Assembly: GCA_040222015.1 (NCBI GenBank)
Contig: JAVJWO010000206.1
Coordinates: forward strand, 1 to 21,126
Origin: Coleofasciculus chthonoplastes F2-STO-03
GTDB taxonomy: Bacteria; Cyanobacteriota; Cyanobacteriia; Cyanobacteriales; Coleofasciculaceae
Direction: 5' to 3'
Length of the DNA stretch: 21,126 nucleotides
Numbering within the stretch: position 1 is the stretch's first letter; each line of letters begins with the position of its first letter. The notes beneath the pieces are model-generated. The model ran no database searches, was not told the DNA's origin, and worked only from the letters and a program-made list of their open reading frames with translations. A program made the position numbers and the translations under genes. This document shows positions 16,983 to 21,126 of this stretch, piece by piece.

Positions 16983-18050
16983 TTGGCTGACACTCCAATT
17001 CGCTTATTGATTGCTGCCAGTGGCACAGGAGGACATTTATTTCCGGCGCTGGCGTTAGCTCAACAGTTACCAGAGTACCAAATTGAGTGGCTGGGCGTGC
17101 CGAACCGTGTGGAACAATCGCTGATTCCCCAACACTATCCCCTGCACACGATTTCGGTTGAAGGCTTTCAGAAACCCTTGGGACTAAATACGGTTCGCGT
17201 TTTTGGACGTCTCGTGGGTTCCATCCGACAGGTGCAGCGACTAATCCATACTAGGCAATTTGATGCTCTGTTTACCACAGGCGGTTATATTGCTGGACCT
17301 GCGATCGTCGCGGCACGGTTACAGGGATTGCCTGTCATTTTACATGAATCCAACGCCATTCCCGGAAAAGTCACCCGCTGGCTGAGTCCCTTCTGTGATC
17401 AGGTGGCGCTCGGATTTGACGCCGCCTCCAAGTATTTACCCAAAGCCCAAACCGTCACTGTTGGTACACCTGTTCGGGCTGATTTCTATAAGCCTCAGCC
17501 ATTAGACTTACCGATTCCTGATGATGTACCCTTAATTGTCGTGGTTGGCGGTTCCCAAGGGGCGGTGAGTGTGAATCAACTCGTGCGTCAATGCGCTAAG
17601 ACTTGGTTTGAAATGGGCGCGTGGATAGTCCATTTAACCGGAGAAAAAGACCCAGAGGCTTCCACCTTAGAGCATCCTCACTATATTGAACTGCCATTTT
17701 ACAACAACATGGCAGCGCTACTGCAACGGGCGAATTTAGCGATTAGTCGGGCGGGTGCGGGTTCGTTAACCGAATTGGCAACAACGGGAACCCCTGCTAT
17801 TTTAATTCCTTATCCTTACGCCGCAGAAGACCACCAAACTTTTAATGCCGCTAGTTTTGCCCAAAAAGGGGCGGCTCTGGTTTTTCCTCAATCTGAACTC
17901 AGTCCTGAGTTACTCGAAAGTAAGGTATCTTATTTGCTCAAATCTCCGGACATTCTCCAGCAAATGGCAGAAAAAGCGGCATCATTAGCAGTGACGGATA
18001 GTGCAGAACAATTAGCCACGTTGATGCATCGGCTTGTGGAGAAAAAATAA
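16983..18050 (+). CDS. murG: Undecaprenyldiphospho-muramoylpentapeptide beta-N-acetylglucosaminyltransferase
   Basis: SGTGGHLFPALA, GGY, HESNAIPG, GGSQGA, SRAGAG.L.E, P.P.AAEDHQ..NA; TTG start with AGGAGG RBS. Confidence 0.97.
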   Translation: MADTPIRLLIAASGTGGHLFPALALAQQLPEYQIEWLGVPNRVEQSLIPQHYPLHTISVEGFQKPLGLNTVRVFGRLVGSIRQVQRLIHTRQFDALFTTGGYIAGPAIVAARLQGLPVILHESNAIPGKVTRWLSPFCDQVALGFDAASKYLPKAQTVTVGTPVRADFYKPQPLDLPIPDDVPLIVVVGGSQGAVSVNQLVRQCAKTWFEMGAWIVHLTGEKDPEASTLEHPHYIELPFYNNMAALLQRANLAISRAGAGSLTELATTGTPAILIPYPYAAEDHQTFNAASFAQKGAALVFPQSELSPELLESKVSYLLKSPDILQQMAEKAASLAVTDSAEQLATLMHRLVEKK

Positions 18051-18053
18051 AGG

Positions 18054-18102
18054 CAATTTCAGACAATTGAATTTGCCAAAACATTCTCGTTGTCTGAAGT
18101 TG
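18054..18102 (+). terminator. Possible stem-loop after murG
   Basis: CAATTTCAGACAA / TTGTCTGAAGTTG inverted repeat; long loop and no U-tract. Confidence 0.3.
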
Positions 18103-18268
18103 ACGCTAAAGGAAAAACGACAAGGACACACCAGCAAATATTATGAAACTCAGACTGAGGATGCGCTCTTGGGGAATGTTTAGGAGTTTGGCAATTTGCC
18201 CAAGGGTGATGACAAAGGTTTTGGGGTTGATGCGATGACCTAAAGTCTATAAACTGAACGTTTTACTA

Positions 18269-18321
18269 GGTTTCATCCTACGGCTTAAAGCACGTAGGGT
18301 TTCACCTTCGTTTTACTGTAA
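18269..18321 (-). mobile_element. Isolated IS200/IS605-family left-end remnant
   Basis: Minus strand TTAC|AGTAAAACGAAGGTGAAACCCTACG-TGCTTTAAGC-CGTAGGATGAAA: TTAC target tetranucleotide plus subterminal hairpin. Confidence 0.65.
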
Positions 18322-18358
18322 AGTTTGCATAGCTGTAGGGTTGAGCGAAATTTAGAAG

Positions 18359-18434
18359 AACCTCTCCCCCAGCCCCTCTCCTAAAAGGCGAGGGGAGACT
18401 TGCTTCCCTTGCAGGTAAGGGGATTGGGGGGTTA
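18359..18434. repeat. Dispersed double-hairpin repeat (CCCCTCTCCT..AGGCGAGGGG / CCCTTGC..GTAAGGGGATTGGGGGGTTA)
   Basis: Same family as 10-192 and 3483-3521. Confidence 0.75.
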
Positions 18435-18444
18435 TGTCAACATC

Positions 18445-18513
18445 CCGGAAGATGTAAAACTCCGACTCCCTATGAAAGAAGAATCACCCGCGTTTTAACC
18501 GGGTGAGTGTCAA
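18445..18513 (+). mobile_element. IS200/IS605 tnpB 3' end / right-end (omegaRNA scaffold) remnant
   Basis: ...CTATGAAAGAAGAATCACCCG-CGTTTTAAC-CGGGTGAGTGTCAA: right-end hairpin ending in TCAA. Confidence 0.7.
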
Positions 18514-18548
18514 AAAAGTAAATCAGCGTACCGTTGACTTTTATCCGA

Positions 18549-18662
18549 CTACTGATCAACAAACAACAACTCCAAATCTCGATAGCCACTAACCACTCTG
18601 GCAACATCAATTCCATCCGTCCTGGGATAATATAAAATAATGTAATCCTTGACGATAAAACC
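18549..18662 (-). pseudogene. RelE/ParE toxin C-terminal fragment
   Basis: Manual translation GFIVKDYIILYYPRTDGIDVARVVSGYRDLELLFVDQ*. Confidence 0.8.
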
Positions 18663-18664
18663 CC

Positions 18665-18790
18665 CTATGAGACATTGATCGCCTCTGTTAGCACTGTTTC
18701 TCGGATCTGAGGTTTCAACATCTTCACACTCACCAAATCCACTGATCGCCCCAAACCATCCTCTAGAAAAAATTTCAAATCCATATAGCT
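18665..18790 (-). pseudogene. Minimal nucleotidyltransferase (MNT antitoxin) C-terminal fragment
   Basis: Manual translation SYMDLKFFLEDGLGRSVDLVSVKMLKPQIRETVLTEAINVS*. Confidence 0.8.
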
Positions 18791-18905
18791 GGCATTAATT
18801 TGTCACAGCTATTTAGGAGAAACTGTCCTGACAAGATATAAATCATCTCTATGACAGCAATCTGTTACCAATGACAAATAATTAGTTATTGTACAACTTG
18901 ACAAA

Positions 18906-18976
18906 AGCGGGCAGCGAGAATCGAACTCGCATCATCAGCTTGGAAGGCTGAGGTTTTACCACTAAACTATGCCCGC
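18906..18976 (-). tRNA. tRNA-Gly(TCC), CCA not encoded
   Basis: GCGGGCA acceptor stem pairs with TGCCCGC-T; D arm TAGTTTAGTGGTAAAAC; anticodon loop CT-TCC-AA; T arm GCGAG-TTCGATT-CTCGC. Confidence 0.97.
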
Positions 18977-19047
18977 AGGCACTCATAACTTTTCTAGTAT
19001 AAACCACGATCGCACAAGTTTGGCAAGTTTCCACCAAAATTATCGAC

Positions 19048-19995
19048 TCAATTCCCTAGGGGATCAATTTCTAGGGTCAGGGAGTACGATCCGTACACAG
19101 GGCTATATGCCATGTACGTTGGTGAAAACCTCCAATCAGCAATAATCTGGTTGGCAAGTTTCGTGGCTTGCTCTGGACTCAGGGTTCCTGGTTGCACTAG
19201 GGTCTCAGCAGATATAACCTCGGCTTTGCCCATATCCGTGATCAAAATGATCACCTTGATAACCACAGGTTGCTCCAGAGTAATGTCTAAAGACCTGAGT
19301 TTATCCACCGAGATGAATTGACTCTGTTTCTGGAGTTTGGCAAACTGGTCGCCTGGATTGCGTTGCGGATCGATATTAGAACTACCATTACTACTCACGA
19401 TCTTGAATCCATTAATAGAAGCAATGAAACCTCCACCCGACTGATTGTCCGGTGACGTGGGTTCTGTTGGTTCTTCTGGCGATGGGATAGGAGACGGACT
19501 AGGCGTAGTCGGATTTGGCGGTTCCTTTGATGGCTCAGGAGACGGCGTTTCTCCCATCCCTTCAGATGTGGTGGACGTTGGCGATGGGTTTGGGGTTGGG
19601 TTCGATGAGTTGGGCGAGGAAAGCTTTGTAGATGAAGGCTTAGGGGTTTTCTGAATGGTGTTTGCGATCGCCTGAGTCGGGCGATTTGTCTGTGGTGCTG
19701 ATTCGGGTTGACTCTCAGGACTCTGCGCTGGTGTTTTTTGGGATACTGAAGAAGGCGGAGATTGAGTCGCTGGAGTTGGCATGGTAGCATTTGAGGCGAT
19801 CACAATCATCTCAACGGGAATCAGTCGTTGACTCAAGTGCCAATCCTGAAAGCGTCCCAATAGCGCCAGACGCAGCAACCCCAAGCCAACCAGATGAATC
19901 GCCACAGAACTTAGAATAACGGTTTTCCATAGCGCTGGGGGGTCAGTATGAAGGCGTTGGGGTATCTGAGGTTGGTTTAGTGTTGGTTGTGTCAT
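19048..19995 (-). CDS. TonB-like protein: N-terminal TM anchor, Pro/Ser/Thr-rich linker, C-terminal TonB_C-like domain
   Basis: SSVAIHL anchor motif, long Pro-rich spacer, A....ADWRFSP near the C-terminus. Confidence 0.7.
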   Translation of the reverse strand: MTQPTLNQPQIPQRLHTDPPALWKTVILSSVAIHLVGLGLLRLALLGRFQDWHLSQRLIPVEMIVIASNATMPTPATQSPPSSVSQKTPAQSPESQPESAPQTNRPTQAIANTIQKTPKPSSTKLSSPNSSNPTPNPSPTSTTSEGMGETPSPEPSKEPPNPTTPSPSPIPSPEEPTEPTSPDNQSGGGFIASINGFKIVSSNGSSNIDPQRNPGDQFAKLQKQSQFISVDKLRSLDITLEQPVVIKVIILITDMGKAEVISAETLVQPGTLSPEQATKLANQIIADWRFSPTYMAYSPVYGSYSLTLEIDPLGN

Positions 19996-20101
19996 TACAA
20001 TCGGGTTGAGATGCTTTTATTCCATACTGCCAAATAGCCACTGAGCATCTGGATCAAGTCTTAGCTTTCTTTACGCGATCGCCCAATGACAGTCGTGACC
20101 G

Positions 20102-20872
20102 ATGAATACTTATCGCTTGTCTAGGTTCAAGATTATTATTATTGCCAGTGTTCTCCTAGTCGGACTAATCCTCAGTGGATGGAGAATGACCTTACCCACC
20201 GCCGCAGCCGAATCGGACACCATCTATCATTATCGACTGGTTCACAGCGCCGATGGGATTGGTAAATTTTATAGGGGTCGAGAGATTGCCAAAGTTATGG
20301 GACATACCGAAGCCCTTTGGTTAGAACGCCCCAGCCGTCAGACGACAGAACAGCCACAGCAGGTGATTGAGGCGTTGAACCTAAAACCCACGGATATTGT
20401 GGCAGATATTGGTGCCGGTACAGGTTATTTTAGTTTTCGCATCAGTCCTCTTGTCTCTCAGGGTAAGGTGTTGGCGGTGGATATTCAACCGGAGATGCTG
20501 GATATGATCGAATTCCTGAAAACCGAGAACAATGTGACCAATGTTGAGCCAATCTTGGGGAGTACCACTGACCCAAATTTACCGGAAGAAACCGTTGATT
20601 TAGCCTTGATGGTCGATGCTTATCACGAATTTGCCTATCCAAGAGAAATGATGAGTGGAATTGTGCGATCGCTAAAACCAGGTGGACGAGTTGTACTGGT
20701 GGAATATCGCCGGGAGAATCCCTTGATTCCGATTAAAGCGCTGCATAAAATGACTCAGAGACAAGCACGTAAAGAAATGAATGCGGTGGGGTTGCAATGG
20801 CTGGAAACTAAAGAGTTCTTACCCCAGCAGCATTTAATGATATTTCAGAAACCAATAGAATCTGTCAGTTAG
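20102..20872 (+). CDS. Class I SAM-dependent methyltransferase with signal/TM N-terminus
   Basis: VADIGAGTGYF, AVDIQPEM, MVDAYHEF, LKPGGRVVLVEYR. Confidence 0.92.
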   Translation: MNTYRLSRFKIIIIASVLLVGLILSGWRMTLPTAAAESDTIYHYRLVHSADGIGKFYRGREIAKVMGHTEALWLERPSRQTTEQPQQVIEALNLKPTDIVADIGAGTGYFSFRISPLVSQGKVLAVDIQPEMLDMIEFLKTENNVTNVEPILGSTTDPNLPEETVDLALMVDAYHEFAYPREMMSGIVRSLKPGGRVVLVEYRRENPLIPIKALHKMTQRQARKEMNAVGLQWLETKEFLPQQHLMIFQKPIESVS

Positions 20873-20986
20873 TCCGATTAAGGATGTGAGCCAGCGATGA
20901 ATCATTCACGAAGTGGAGGTAAGCCGTAGGGGGATAGCGGGAAATACGAGGGCTAAACGCCCGAAGTATTTCCAGTTATTTACATG

Positions 20987-20995
20987 TGGTATAAT
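20987..20995 (+). promoter_or_regulatory. Extended -10 promoter TGGTATAAT for tnpB
   Basis: Perfect TGn-TATAAT with 7 nt between it and the ATG at 21003. Confidence 0.7.
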
Positions 20996-21002
20996 GACAG
21001 CC

Positions 21003-21126
21003 ATGAAACAAGTCCTCACGATAGTCGTAAAGCTTCAACCCTCTCCTGAACAGGTGGCCTTCTTAGAGGCAACCCTTCAGGCGTTTGCGGATGCTTGCAA
21101 CTACGTGAACGAACATACAGATCCAA
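21003..21126 (+). CDS. tnpB: RNA-guided endonuclease TnpB, N-terminal part (truncated by the window edge)
   Basis: MKQVLTIVVKLQPSPEQVAFLEATLQAFADACNYVNEH, a typical TnpB N-terminus (KL.P..EQ...L..T...F..ACN). Confidence 0.85.
   Translation, partial: MKQVLTIVVKLQPSPEQVAFLEATLQAFADACNYVNEHTDP

Larger units (their letters stand above)
20936..21126 (+). mobile_element. IS200/IS605 (IS1341-type, tnpB-only) element, left end; continues beyond the window
   Basis: Subterminal hairpin GGAAATAC..GGGC-TAAAC-GCCC..GTATTTCC (20940-20973) followed directly by tnpB with no tnpA in between. Confidence 0.75.

Noticed and set aside
18269..18513. Left and right IS605 ends as one non-autonomous element
   Set aside because: They point away from each other on opposite strands
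18996..19026. Sigma70 promoter for tRNA-Gly (TTGCCA...TATACT, minus strand)
   Set aside because: The -10 is plausible but the 19-nt spacing is non-canonical, so it was not called

Overview
Chromosomal window from a filamentous cyanobacterium (Oscillatoriales/Coleofasciculus-like, inferred from abundant HIP1 GCGATCGC, heptamer STRR arrays and GTAG-type REPs). Backbone genes: Ser/Thr kinase-WD40, FMN alpha-hydroxy-acid oxidase, general-stress membrane protein plus lipoprotein, MgtC, mmsA/iolA, NTF2-like protein, murG, tRNA-Gly(TCC), TonB-like Pro-rich protein, SAM methyltransferase and the start of an IS200/IS605 tnpB. The most interesting part is an AT-rich accessory island (about 6.6-14.2 kb). 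It holds a minus-strand operon encoding three copies of one unrecognised ~80-aa domain, a classical AAA+ ATPase and a translationally coupled single-pass membrane protein. A second, orphan cassette follows, made of an alternative ATPase C-terminus plus an alternative membrane protein with a homologous N-terminal peptide but an unrelated outer domain. The two cassettes share a 114-bp handle that is 108/114 identical, the layout of a recombination-swappable (polymorphic) cassette system. The first cassette gene is currently frameshifted in a homopolymer tract. A sensor-less HTH-NB-ARC (STAND) gene is divergent from the operon, and two intact TA pairs plus several TA remnants surround it. All function assignments for the island are inference from sequence only.
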